NCBI GenBank assembly: GCA_963764625.1
Contig: CAVXTH010000004.1
Location: forward strand, 12,895 to 76,894
Direction of reading: 5' to 3'
DNA from: Candidatus Krumholzibacteriota bacterium
GTDB lineage: Bacteria > Krumholzibacteriota > Krumholzibacteriia > JAJRXK01
Length of the DNA: 64,000 bases
The position numbers and the translations under genes were made by a program. Shown here in pieces: positions 53,610 to 63,999 of the stretch; position 1 is the stretch's first letter; every line of letters begins with the position of its first letter. The notes beneath the pieces were generated by a model. The model saw nothing but the letters and a program-made list of their open reading frames with translations. It had not been told where the DNA came from and made no database searches.

Positions 53610-56600
53610 CTACTTCAGCAGGCTCGCTTTCTTCACCTCGACTCCGTCCGGAGTCGTCAGGCGCACGAAGTAGGTGCCGCTGGCCAGACCGCGGCCATCC
53701 TGATCAACTCCGTCGAAGACGATCTCGTGATGTCCGGCCGCACGAACCTCGTCCAGCAGTGTACGTACCCTGCGTCCCCTCAGGTCATAAACTTCCAGAA
53801 CCACATGCTCGCTGCGAGGAAGCTCGAGTTCGACGGTGGTTCGCGGATTGAAGGGATTGGGGTGTACTCCGCGCAGCCGCGCGGCGTTCAATGCCACAGG
53901 TGTCGAGGGCGCAGCGGTCGTTCCGCTGGTGATGTGCAGGTTATACTCGGCATCGGTCCCGGTGTCCTCGGTCAGGAGCTTGCGCACCGCGATGCAGTAG
54001 TAGCCCTCCTCGCCCGGGGTAATGTCGACCTGGATGGAGAGCGGCTCACCCGTATTGCTGAGGACGGAGTAGCCGCCCTCCGGAGTGTCGGCAGCGCCGA
54101 AGACCGCCGGATTTCCGCTGTTCGGGGGGTTGCCGTGCAGCGCGAGTCCGTAGTGAGTGCCCCCGCTCAGATCCTCGACGGCGATCGACCAGAGTCCCGG
54201 GTCCAGATGGACTTCGTAGAGATCGAGCAGCTCGAGCTCGGCAAGCGTGTAGGGTCCGAACACTCCCTCCGGAGAGTTGCCGAGCCAGGTGGAGGCCACG
54301 CTCTCTGCCAGGTACAGCGCGGTGCCATTGCCTGCTCGCAGCACTCCCACGTCGAAGAGGCGCGCGGCCTCTTCGCGGAAGTTCACCAGCACGTAGTCCG
54401 AGCGACCGGGGCCCTCGAAGGACCCGGCCAAGGGCGTCAGGAATCCGTCGCGTGGGCCAGTCGACGCCTCGTGCAGACGCAAATCCACGTTCGTCTTGAG
54501 ATCGGGCATCGTCGCCATGGCCAGCCAGTACCCGTTCTCACCCGCGGGTGCGGGCAGGGGCAGGCGCAGACCATCGCAGTTGGGGCCGACCTCGGGAAAG
54601 ACGGTGACATCGGAGCCCTCGGCGGACTCGCTGTTCACGGTTTCCACGTAGACGATGTCGTCGAAGCCGCCATCGGGCGCGGGCGGTGAGTTGCGAGCCA
54701 CCTCGCTTCCGCTGGGCAGGACCCCGGGCTCCCAGACCCATTGATCGGCAAAGATGTTGTCCGCCTCGCTGGCCTCGTCCACCACTTGCGTGTCGTCGAC
54801 CCGGACCGAGACAAGGTGCCGTCCACCCCGTACCGAAATCGGGCTGGGATCGTTGAAGGTATGAGCGGCTCCCGGGGCCAGACCGGGGGTCGCGACACTC
54901 CGGACGCTCTCCCCGTCCAGCCGGATGTCCGCGGTGCTCGCGCCCGCGGCCGCGGGCGCATCGTTCACTTGAGCCAGGTTGAGCCAGGTCTGGGGACCCT
55001 CCCCGATCAGATACGTGGGTTCGGAGACGGAGCTAGGGGTACCGTCCGCGGCCGGCCGTGGAATCAAGGGACCGGCCCAACCTGATGCCTCGTCATAGGC
55101 CAAAAGATTCGGCGGGGTGGCCCCGGTGGTGACACTCAGGTTCAAAGGAAGATCGGTCTTGGCTGAGGGCGACCCGAAGGGCTCGCGGTAGATCACGATG
55201 CAGTAGTAGCCGCTCGCGGTGACGTTCACGTCGAGCTGGGCCACTCCCTCCTCGTCCGAGACCACGAGATTGCTCAGGTCGCTCATGTCGCCGGTACTGA
55301 AATCCTTGTCGAGCCAACCCACGGCAACGGGTTCACTCGCGTCCGTCACAGTGACGATCACGGAGAAGAGCCCGGTATGGTCCGCATCTACGTTCACCTC
55401 GCGCAGAGCCATGTACTCGTTGGGGCCGAAGTCCACTGTGAAGCTGCCATCATAGGGAACCAGTACACTGCCCACCTGCCGCACCAGATACGAGGAGTAG
55501 GGTTGAGATGTGTCTCCGGTGAGAACTCCAACGTCATGATCCACAGTCCCCGTGTAGTTGCGATTCACGAAAACCGCGTCGAGCAGGCCGGTTCCCCGAC
55601 TAGAGTACCCACTGATGGTATCGAATCCATCTAAGGCTCCGCTCGAGGTTGCGGTGTACATGCGGATGTCCACGTCGTACACAGCTTGGGTGGGGTTCAC
55701 CACCGCGGCATGCCACCAGCTTGTCCCATCGAGTTGCATGCGATAGCCATCGGCGTTGTACCAATGCGGTCCAGATAAGTAATCGAAACCGCCGTCCTTC
55801 TGCTTGAGGTGGGTGTTGACGTGTGAAACCCCCGGCTCGAGGAGATACGGCGTCCATACGAACTGGCGGTTGTAGAAGTTGTTGAGCTCATAGCTTTCCC
55901 CGATGTCCTGGCCCCGGTCGATGTACAGGCTCACCGTGTGACGTCCCCCTGGAACCTGCAGACTCGAGGACGTCCCCACAATAAACTCCTGCGAAGCGAC
56001 GAGAACGCCGGCGGGAACCGAAGTGTCAATCCAGGTGCCGGTGCCGTCGAAGCGGAATCCGGTGTTCCAGCCGTCGTGAGAGAGGCTGGAGGGGCTGAAA
56101 TTCCTATAGGCGTAGAACACCTGGGTACCCGACTGAAAGCCGGGAAGAGTAGTAGGCTCGGGAACGTAGCTTGTGTTTCCCTCGCCGGCGGACAGACAGA
56201 CCAGGGCGTCCGACCAGAACTCCGGAACATCGGGCGCGAGGTCCACGGGTTCTGCCGGCCCGATGACGATGGGACCGAAGTTCGCGTAGGCGGTGGACCA
56301 TTTTCCGGAGCGATCCAAAGCACGGATGTTGAAGTAGTAGGTTCCCGGCACGATCGGCGCGTCGACCGTGTAGTTGTTGACCCGGCCGATGTCCATACTC
56401 GCGCTGGGCATGGAGGGAGCGCCGGCCGTCAGGGAAACGGCGTAGCCCATGATGCCCGAGGCATCGTCCTGCGCGGTGTTCCAGTAGAACTGGGGCAGGT
56501 TTGCTGGAGACGACACGCCTGCGCTGTGAGTGTTCGATCCGAGGTTCGTGACCACGCTCGGAGCCATGTCGTCGATCTCGTAGCCGTTGTTCTGTGCCGT

Positions 56601-58202
56601 CTCCCAGAGATCTTCGATGTCCTGGTCATCATAGGTGGACAAGAGTTTCATGTGCGCCTCGAGCGCATCGATGAAGTCCTGGACGTAGCGAGGATCGTAG
56701 TTGGCGGCCACGTCCAACAAGGTCTCCGGATCGATGCTCGCGACGTCCCGCCAGGTGGTGCTGAAGGCGGGGTCGTTGTCCTGGGAGGTGTCGAACATGT
56801 CCAGGCAGAATGCGGCGAAGATCCCCTCGGTGAGGAATGGATCGTCGATCGCGGAGCCACCGGGCAGCTCTGTGCAGGGTCTGATGGTCTCCGTTCGGTA
56901 TACGCCCAGGCTCAAGGTCGGCGCTCCGTAGTCAGTATTGAGTTCGACATTCATGGCCTGGGTGACGAAATCGGGAAAACCCTCCGACCACGCAGTGCCC
57001 GTGGTCTCCTGGCAGAACATGCAATGCTGGCATTCGCCCACGTCGCCGTTGCAGAATCCGTTGCAGTATTCGGGGTTCTCCTGCGCGCCGAATACGTGCA
57101 CCCATGCGTGGGTGTACTCGTGCCCAAGCGTTCCTTCGTCCCATTCATCACCGCGCGCGATGAAGACGACGCTGGTGAGGGGGCGGTAGAAGGAAGCGTC
57201 CGCCGGCCATCGGATGAGCCGGTGCGGCATGTCGTAACCTCGATAGTAAAACCATCGGTGTGCACGCTCCATGATGGTGTGGATGTACATCGCCCCGTTC
57301 ATCATCGGATCGGTGGGTATGAGTGTCCCCAAATTCAGATCGAAGGGGCCCACAAAGTCGTCCTCGCGGAACACTTCGAAGGAGTAGTTGCCCGAAACGA
57401 TCGAGGTACTCCGCACGTCCACGTGGTCGTTGCTGAGCTCCACTGACACGACAAGATCGGGTTCGGGGTCGATGAGGACTCCGTAGTTCCATGAGAAGCT
57501 CAGATCAAAACCGCCCAGCGCATCCGTGATCCCCTCGACGAGCCCGTTGCTGTACGAACCCTCGTCATCGTGGATCTTGACTTTCACCCGATCGGCGCCG
57601 ATCACCGAGCCGTCGCTACGCCGCAACGCGATCACGCCGCGGACGCGGATCACGGTGGACTTCTGACTCGAGCCATCGAGCTGGGCCTGCTCGTCGACCT
57701 TCAGGGTTTCAGGGCCGCCGACCCGCAGTTGGGTGGCCGTGGGCGCGGGGATGCTGCCGGCGGGCACTTGCACCGCGGCAACTCCCTCGACCGGACGGGT
57801 GAACTCGAGTGGCTTGTCGACTTCCTGACCGTCGATCCGAAGGCGGAGGTGCAGAGGCGCCTCCGCGCCGTCGAACACTCCCGAGATGGCAAAGCGCTGG
57901 CGACGGTAGCCCGGGAGCGACACTTTTTCGGAAGGGTTCTCCACCATCGAGTAGCTCAGATTCTGCCAACCCTTCTCGGCGCTGACGCCCAATACCTCGG
58001 CTGGAATACCCTCGCGACTGAGGAGATCGAGCACCAATCGCGTGGGTTCACCGGGCTTTCCGGGGTCACTTCGGTCGACGAGTTGAAGCGCCCAATCGTC
58101 AATGACCACGGTCGCGTGGACCGGGACGAAGGACAGGAGCAACAGCACGGTGGTGAGTGGGAGGAGTAGCTTCGTAGAGGTCTGTCGCAGGAAAGTATTC
58201 AT
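53610..58202 (-). CDS. Large secreted zinc-metallopeptidase-like protein with CARDB-like domains and FlgD/T9SS-like CTD
   Basis: GHEYTH and AWSEGF motifs; GGRH.VS..D...E..E.NN CARDB-like units; PNPFNPRT...ASGTYFVRL...LLK. Confidence 0.85.
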   Translation of the reverse strand: MNTFLRQTSTKLLLPLTTVLLLLSFVPVHATVVIDDWALQLVDRSDPGKPGEPTRLVLDLLSREGIPAEVLGVSAEKGWQNLSYSMVENPSEKVSLPGYRRQRFAISGVFDGAEAPLHLRLRIDGQEVDKPLEFTRPVEGVAAVQVPAGSIPAPTATQLRVGGPETLKVDEQAQLDGSSQKSTVIRVRGVIALRRSDGSVIGADRVKVKIHDDEGSYSNGLVEGITDALGGFDLSFSWNYGVLIDPEPDLVVSVELSNDHVDVRSTSIVSGNYSFEVFREDDFVGPFDLNLGTLIPTDPMMNGAMYIHTIMERAHRWFYYRGYDMPHRLIRWPADASFYRPLTSVVFIARGDEWDEGTLGHEYTHAWVHVFGAQENPEYCNGFCNGDVGECQHCMFCQETTGTAWSEGFPDFVTQAMNVELNTDYGAPTLSLGVYRTETIRPCTELPGGSAIDDPFLTEGIFAAFCLDMFDTSQDNDPAFSTTWRDVASIDPETLLDVAANYDPRYVQDFIDALEAHMKLLSTYDDQDIEDLWETAQNNGYEIDDMAPSVVTNLGSNTHSAGVSSPANLPQFYWNTAQDDASGIMGYAVSLTAGAPSMPSASMDIGRVNNYTVDAPIVPGTYYFNIRALDRSGKWSTAYANFGPIVIGPAEPVDLAPDVPEFWSDALVCLSAGEGNTSYVPEPTTLPGFQSGTQVFYAYRNFSPSSLSHDGWNTGFRFDGTGTWIDTSVPAGVLVASQEFIVGTSSSLQVPGGRHTVSLYIDRGQDIGESYELNNFYNRQFVWTPYLLEPGVSHVNTHLKQKDGGFDYLSGPHWYNADGYRMQLDGTSWWHAAVVNPTQAVYDVDIRMYTATSSGALDGFDTISGYSSRGTGLLDAVFVNRNYTGTVDHDVGVLTGDTSQPYSSYLVRQVGSVLVPYDGSFTVDFGPNEYMALREVNVDADHTGLFSVIVTVTDASEPVAVGWLDKDFSTGDMSDLSNLVVSDEEGVAQLDVNVTASGYYCIVIYREPFGSPSAKTDLPLNLSVTTGATPPNLLAYDEASGWAGPLIPRPAADGTPSSVSEPTYLIGEGPQTWLNLAQVNDAPAAAGASTADIRLDGESVRSVATPGLAPGAAHTFNDPSPISVRGGRHLVSVRVDDTQVVDEASEADNIFADQWVWEPGVLPSGSEVARNSPPAPDGGFDDIVYVETVNSESAEGSDVTVFPEVGPNCDGLRLPLPAPAGENGYWLAMATMPDLKTNVDLRLHEASTGPRDGFLTPLAGSFEGPGRSDYVLVNFREEAARLFDVGVLRAGNGTALYLAESVASTWLGNSPEGVFGPYTLAELELLDLYEVHLDPGLWSIAVEDLSGGTHYGLALHGNPPNSGNPAVFGAADTPEGGYSVLSNTGEPLSIQVDITPGEEGYYCIAVRKLLTEDTGTDAEYNLHITSGTTAAPSTPVALNAARLRGVHPNPFNPRTTVELELPRSEHVVLEVYDLRGRRVRTLLDEVRAAGHHEIVFDGVDQDGRGLASGTYFVRLTTPDGVEVKKASLLK

Positions 58203-58205
58203 GGC

Positions 58206-58718
58206 TTATCGCTCCCCTCCCTGCGTGCGGATCTCCTTGGTGCGTTCAACCGGCTTCGGATCGAGAGCCTTTTGGAGCTCGGCCTCGAGCGATCGGGCGA
58301 GTTCTTCCCTCCCTGCCGCGCGGGCGCGGTCGATCTGCAGTCGGAGCAGTGACAACTCGGTCTGGCGCCGTCGATCCGCCACGCGCCCCGCGAGTTCAAG
58401 CCGCTGCATCGCATCATGGGTATTCGCGATCTGCTCGCGCAGCCGCGAAATGTCTTCTGCCTCCTGGTCCAGGATCGAGTGATAGCGCTCCTCGAAGGAG
58501 TCCATGACCGCGAGAGGCCGTGCATCGGGGTCGACGCCGAAGCGCAGGGGCAGCCCCGCGGCGATCTCGTCGGCATTGATCTCCAGTTTCTCCACGGCGA
58601 CGGGGGTCGCATCCTGCGATCCGCTAGCCTTGGAATGGGGGCTTTCCGCTCCTGCGGTGGGAACGAGAAAGAGGGCGGCCAGGACCATACCGGCCACGGC
58701 TTGGGGCAATGGACGCAT
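58206..58718 (-). CDS. Small exported helical protein upstream of the peptidase
   Basis: Signal peptide MRPLPQAV...AGA; coiled-coil; stop 3 nt before the next ATG. Confidence 0.7.
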   Translation of the reverse strand: MRPLPQAVAGMVLAALFLVPTAGAESPHSKASGSQDATPVAVEKLEINADEIAAGLPLRFGVDPDARPLAVMDSFEERYHSILDQEAEDISRLREQIANTHDAMQRLELAGRVADRRRQTELSLLRLQIDRARAAGREELARSLEAELQKALDPKPVERTKEIRTQGGER

Positions 58719-59120
58719 GGGGGTTTCTCCCTTCGGAAAATCGACCCGGCGGAGGGGGAAAGTCCGGGTTGGGGCGCTTCTGGAGAAAGGTCGCGCGAGC
58801 CGCCCGAGTGTGACACGAATTCCCGTGCGGAACGGGGGACGTCCGGCTCGAGGGCGCCGGATGGGAGGTTCCATATATAGTATCGGTGATGGAGACTACG
58901 GGACCCTAAGCTCAGGTAAGACGAGACTTATGGAGTCTCTGGTAGGCTCAACATGCCACTGGGCGCATACTTCGTACGGCTTGATCCATGGGAGTTCACG
59001 GCTTCGAGGAGTTCCATTTTGCAGTGTTCGCAGGCGTTGAGTTTGGAAGATCCAAATCTGAATTATCCCTGCCCAGAAGTTTGGAAGGCCGACTCCTCGT
59101 GTCAGTACGCTGCCGGTAGG

Positions 59121-60494
59121 GTGGCGCAGTGGTGGCGCCATCCGGGATCGGTGGTGTTCAGTCTCTTGATCCTGTCTTCTCTTCTCGACTCCGACTCTCG
59201 CGCGCACGTCGACGTCACCGACTCGACTGCGTCGACCATTTCGGTCGTACCCGAGGTCACTGGGGACGAGTTCGACTACGTCTTCTTCGCCGATAGCCCA
59301 ACGCCGACCTACTACGACCCGAGTTGGAGCTTCGTCACCGCGCCGAGCACGCTCGTGCAGGACGGGGCGAAGCTTCCGGTAAGCTCCACCCGGTCGCTGG
59401 TCGGCAAGTACTCACTCTCGCTCGATTGGAACTCGCAGCCCGACGGGGATTGGGGCGCGGCGGTGGCCAGCATTGGCTGGGTCGGTCACGACCTAACGCA
59501 GGCGGACAGCCTCGTTTTCAACGTCTACACCGATCAGCTCACGGCGAAGGCCGATCTGCCGTGCATCTACCTCGAAGATCTCTCGAGCGCTCGGTCGCCG
59601 AAAATCCTGCTGTCGACTCTCACAGGCGACGTTCCGGCTGGGACATGGCACCGCGTGGCGTTGCCCGTGCAGACCTTCCTCGACGCTCCCGGCTCGACCG
59701 ACATGACGCGGGTGAAGACGATCTTCTTCGGCCAGCAGACCGCCGACGGCGTCCGGCACCGCTGGCTCCTTGACGACATGCGCATGACTGGCGTCAAAGC
59801 GGTCACTGGAGAGGACGTGCCGCTGATCGTCGTGCTCGGTTCGTCGACCGCTGCCGGTACGGGTGCTTCGCTGCCCGACAGCTCGTGGGTAGGACGCTTC
59901 CGTAACTACATCCAGAACATCAACCCAGATGCACAGGTGGTGAACCTCGCGGTCGGTGGATACACAAGCTACCAGATCCGTGAAGATGGATACGCGCCGC
60001 CACCGGGACGGCCCGCGCCGAGCCCGGAGCACAACATCACCCGCGCGCTCGCCTACAGACCATGGGGCATCATCGTGAACCTGCCCAGTAACGACGTGGC
60101 CTCGAACTACGCGCTTCAGGAGAGTCTGGACAACTACGGCGCCGTAGAGGCGCTGGCCGAGGCCGCCAACGTGCCGATTTGGTTCAGTACGGCCCAACCG
60201 CGCAATTTCGCGACCCAGACACAACGCGACGTTTTGTTGGCGCAGACCGATTCGACGTTCACGCGCTTCGGCAACTACGCGATCGATTTCTGGAACGATA
60301 TCGCGGCGGCGAATGGTACGATTCTTCCCCAGTACAACTCAGGCGACGGTATCCACCTCAACAACGGCGGACATGCTGTGCTCTACTCCCGGGTCGTGGG
60401 CGCAGCCGTTTGGGACCGGGTCATTACCCCAGTCGATTCCGGCGAGTACCACGGCTCGGTGGGCCCTGTCCCTATCACTAACTCCACCCGGTGA
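59121..60494 (+). CDS. SGNH/GDSL hydrolase with N-terminal carbohydrate-binding-like domain (start uncertain; 3' end runs into element H)
   Basis: VVLGSSTAAG, NLAVGGYT, LPSND, GDGIHLN blocks. Confidence 0.85.
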   Translation: MAQWWRHPGSVVFSLLILSSLLDSDSRAHVDVTDSTASTISVVPEVTGDEFDYVFFADSPTPTYYDPSWSFVTAPSTLVQDGAKLPVSSTRSLVGKYSLSLDWNSQPDGDWGAAVASIGWVGHDLTQADSLVFNVYTDQLTAKADLPCIYLEDLSSARSPKILLSTLTGDVPAGTWHRVALPVQTFLDAPGSTDMTRVKTIFFGQQTADGVRHRWLLDDMRMTGVKAVTGEDVPLIVVLGSSTAAGTGASLPDSSWVGRFRNYIQNINPDAQVVNLAVGGYTSYQIREDGYAPPPGRPAPSPEHNITRALAYRPWGIIVNLPSNDVASNYALQESLDNYGAVEALAEAANVPIWFSTAQPRNFATQTQRDVLLAQTDSTFTRFGNYAIDFWNDIAAANGTILPQYNSGDGIHLNNGGHAVLYSRVVGAAVWDRVITPVDSGEYHGSVGPVPITNSTR

Positions 60495-60550
60495 CAAATC
60501 CGCGGTAAGGCTGCCTCCGTATAGTACCGGTGGTGCAATCCTCCATTGAG
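60467..60550 (-). mobile_element. MITE-like element, copy H
   Basis: Minus strand NGGLHHRYYTEAA then GGAGTTAGTGATAGGGACAG end. Confidence 0.7.
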
Positions 60551-60740
60551 AAGACGAGGCCACCTCATGAGGCGGCCTCGAAGAATGGCTCCCCGTTCGT
60601 GACTCTCAACGAAAGGCTCTATGTTCGGGGGGCGACGAGACGACTCTGACGATTGCAGATCTTCAGCTCTCCTGGTGAATTTCCTTTGTGTGTGCAACCC
60701 GCTGTTCGTGTAGTAGCATCCCCTCTTTCAGGAGTATCTC

Positions 60741-63073
60741 GTGATCGGCAAGACCTTGGGCCACTATGAAGTCATCGGCTTGCTCGGCAAAGGCGGCATG
60801 GGCGAGGTCTATCGTGCGCGCGACTCGCGTCTTGGACGCGAGGTCGCTATCAAGGCTCTTCCCCCGGAGTTCTCCGCGGATCCCGAACGCCTCGCGCGGT
60901 TCGAACGCTAGGCGCGACTTCTCGCTTCTCTTTCCCATCCGAATATCGCGGGAATCTACGGGCTCGAGACCTTCGCTAACATCCCCTATCTAGCGCTCGA
61001 ATTCGTCGAAGGAGAAACCCTCGCCGACCGACTGGCGCGCGGTCCCCTATCGCTCGACGAAGTGATGGACGTGGCCGGGCAGATCGCGGCGGGTGTCGAA
61101 GCCGCCCACGAGTCTAGTCGCGGGGATCTTGCAGACCGAGCCAGACTGGAGCCGGTTGCCGGCGGCGACACCCGCGCGCGTCCGTACGATGCTCAAGCGC
61201 TGCTTTCAAAAGGATGTCAGGCAGAGGCTGCGCGACATCGGCGAGGCACGCATCACTCTTGGGGCAGCCATGGACGCGGAAGACGAGCCCGCGACTCGGT
61301 CAAGGGTCCGGGGCATCTCCTGGTGGACGGCAACCCCAGCAGTACTCGTGGTGGCGATCCTGGCGGTTCTCGCCACCCTTCGGTTTGGGCAGGGTTCGGC
61401 GTCCGGTCCCCTACGTAAGTTGGACCTGGTCGCGAAGGACGTGGTTGTCGATTGGCCCATTGCCCCACAACTTTCGCCCGACGGCTCGCGGTTCGCCTAC
61501 GCCTCGGCGAATCGGGTCTGGGTCCGCGATCTGGACCGACTCGAGCCCCGCGCCGTGGCGGACATCTCGGCCGCCAGCCCTGTTAGCTGGTCGCCGGATT
61601 CGCGCGAGCTCGTCTTCAGTGACAACAGGAAGCTGTGGAAAGTCGCGGTCGAGGGTGGACGCGCAACAGCGATCTGCGAGATCCCGAGAACGGGGAGCAT
61701 CATCGCGGCAGCCTGGAGCAGCTCCGGCAAGATCGCCTTTTCGGTCTGGCGGGACCAGATTTACGAAGTCCCCGCTAACGGTGGTACCCCCGCCGTCATG
61801 GTCGCACTCGACCCCCTCACCGAGATCGACTTTCACGCCCTGTCCTGGTTGCGAAACGGCGAACTCCTTTTCGTCACTCACTGGAAGAGCACGCGCGATA
61901 GCACGGGACATGTGGTACCCGCCCTCACCTTCTTCGACGGCAAGAAGCTGACCCGGGTTCCCGGGGATTTTGGAAGCCCTGACGACGCACCTCTCCTGAC
62001 CGCGACCGGTCAATTGCTGTATCTGACGCGCGGGGCGACACCGGGCATTTGGGCTGTTCCCTTCGATCTGGAGCAACATCAGGCGGCCGAGGCGCCGGTT
62101 CTGGTAGCGCCCGATGCCGTCACTCTGAGCGCTTCGGCAGACGGTTCGTTGCTCTATTCGGAAGGGTTGAAGGTCAGTGTGCAGCGAGAACTGGTCTGGC
62201 GAAACCGGTCGGGTGAAGACCTCGGCGCGGTGGGCTCGCCACACAGGAACCTCGGCCAGCCGCGGCTGTCCCCTGATGGTAGCCGCGTCGCGTTCAGTGC
62301 CGCCGACGGCGACAACGAGGATGTATGGGTTCTGGATCTGAAGACCGGTACCGAGACGCGGCTCACCTTCGGCCCGCAAGTGGAATCCTCGCCGGAGTGG
62401 ATGGCCTCGTCGTTGCGCCTGTCGTACGTCGAGGACAACGGCATGCAAGCCCGCGTCTTTTCGATCAATGCCGACGGGTCCGGCGAACAACGTGAATTTG
62501 CGCCGCTGATGTACTTTGGTATGCAGTCCGGCGGGGTGACCATGGCGCCGGACGGCCGGTGATCTCGTCGATCAGCGAGGGCACGGAAGCCTGCAGGTCG
62601 GACCGGTGCTGCCCGGCGGCAAGCTCGGTCCCCTGAAGCCCCTGCTGAAGCAGGTCCCGGAGCCGAACGCACGCGCGGGAAGAATCTCGCCGGACGGTCA
62701 ACTCGTCGCGTACACGACGAACGATCCGGGGCAAGTCGACGTCTTCCTGGCCCGGTTCCCCAGTGGCGAGGGGCAATGGCAGGTCGGCACCCAGGGCGGG
62801 ATGCGGCCCCGCTGGACTCGGGACAGCGGCGAGCTGATCTTCATTGCCGGCAGCGGCCCGACGGAACGCAGCATGGTCTCGGCTCGAGTGGACCCCTCAC
62901 TGGATTCGCCGCTCGGAAAACTCACCTTGCTGTTCAGCAGCCGAGGGGACGGCGACCTGCGGATTTCGACGTCGCTCCCGACGGACGACGATACCCGACT
63001 ACCCGAGCGGACGGCGGCGTCGATGGATCGGCTCGACACCTGGTCCTGGTGGAAAACTCGCGGTCGGAACTAG
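60741..63073 (+). pseudogene. Ser/Thr kinase with PD40/TolB-like repeats, catalytic core deleted
   Basis: [25 protein letters not shown]...FER*ARLL...AAHE jumps near 61113 to GILQTEPDW; HRD/DFG/APE absent; SPDG repeats follow. Confidence 0.85.
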
Positions 63074-63204
63074 CGAGATAGCTCAGTCCAGCAACGCCCG
63101 ACCATGATGGCCGGGCGCTCTGTGGAGGCGGACCCTCAAGCTCATGGGAGCCCGAGCGGTGTTGGCTCCCGGTTTTTCAGCTTGGACGCAGTTCTCAACA
63201 GCAA

Positions 63205-63775
63205 TCATCGATACATCCCCTTCACGCCCCCCCAAGATCGGGCCTGGTAATCCACCGTCCCCGCGCAGGCGGCATGGACGTTGTCGATGCTCGCACCCCA
63301 GGAGTTGTCACCGGGATCGATCACCAGAACGATTCGAGGGTATGTTGCCCGCAGGGGGCGACGAAGGTTCGGTGGTCCAGTTCGGCTGGGAATGATCAAC
63401 CAGACGGATTCGAATCCGTCGATGGTCACCGCGATCCTGGCCGTGCCAGGCTCACTCAGGAGAAGTCGAAGAGTTGGTGCTGGAAGATGATCGTGCACTC
63501 GGTCCCGCCGCGGGATCTCCGCACAGGGAGGACTGTGGACAGGCGGGCAGTACCACCGCCGTTCCGGAAAGCAAGGCGTAGGAACCAGGATCACCGCCAA
63601 TGGTCGGAAAGATGACGGCGAGAAGGTTGAGGGATCCACGCTAGTCGACCAACCGGTGGCGCCGTAGTCGAAGCTGCCGTTGATGACATCGGCGGAAGCC
63701 GTCTCCCCATGAGGATCACGGACAGGACAACGGGGAGAACCCGGTCCCGCACGGAGAGTCGGAGCGGATATCCAT
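63205..63775 (-). CDS. Small secreted protein with C-terminal SWGGVKGMYR motif (frameshifted)
   Basis: AGGAGG RBS; hydrophobic leader; VINGSFDYG..GW start; ends SIDNV...DYQARSWGGVKGMYR. Confidence 0.55.
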
Positions 63776-63900
63776 GACAGCCTCCTGAAGAAGAAGTGGA
63801 CGGGAATGATGAAGTCGCTCCCCACAAGTGCGATTTCCACGCAGGAGGACTAAATCATAGGAGTATCCGATCTATTCTTTCAAGGGGCTGACCTGCTCCC

Positions 63901-63999
63901 TGTATCCCTTCTATTGATCCCATGCGGCCGGCAATCCGCGCTTAGGCCGCCTCTCGATAGTAGCAGTGGTGTAGCCCGCCGACCATCGGACGCCGCCTG
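63901..63999 (-). mobile_element. MITE-like element or integrase 3' end, copy I (may continue beyond the window)
   Basis: Minus strand RPMVGGLHHCYYREAA* then GGGATCAATAGAAGGGATACAG end. Confidence 0.7.

Noticed and set aside
13717-60912. Stop-codon reassignment suggested by in-frame TAG in trkH and the kinase relic
   Set aside because: TAG is used as a normal stop by several intact genes (yceI-like, gdhA, exbB), and the kinase is also deleted internally.
1188-63999. Recurrent repeats as a CRISPR array or true integron attC sites
   Set aside because: Copies are kilobases apart, degenerate and carry transposase-like peptide scraps; no cas or intI gene and no clear RYYYAAC/GTTRRRY boxes were seen.
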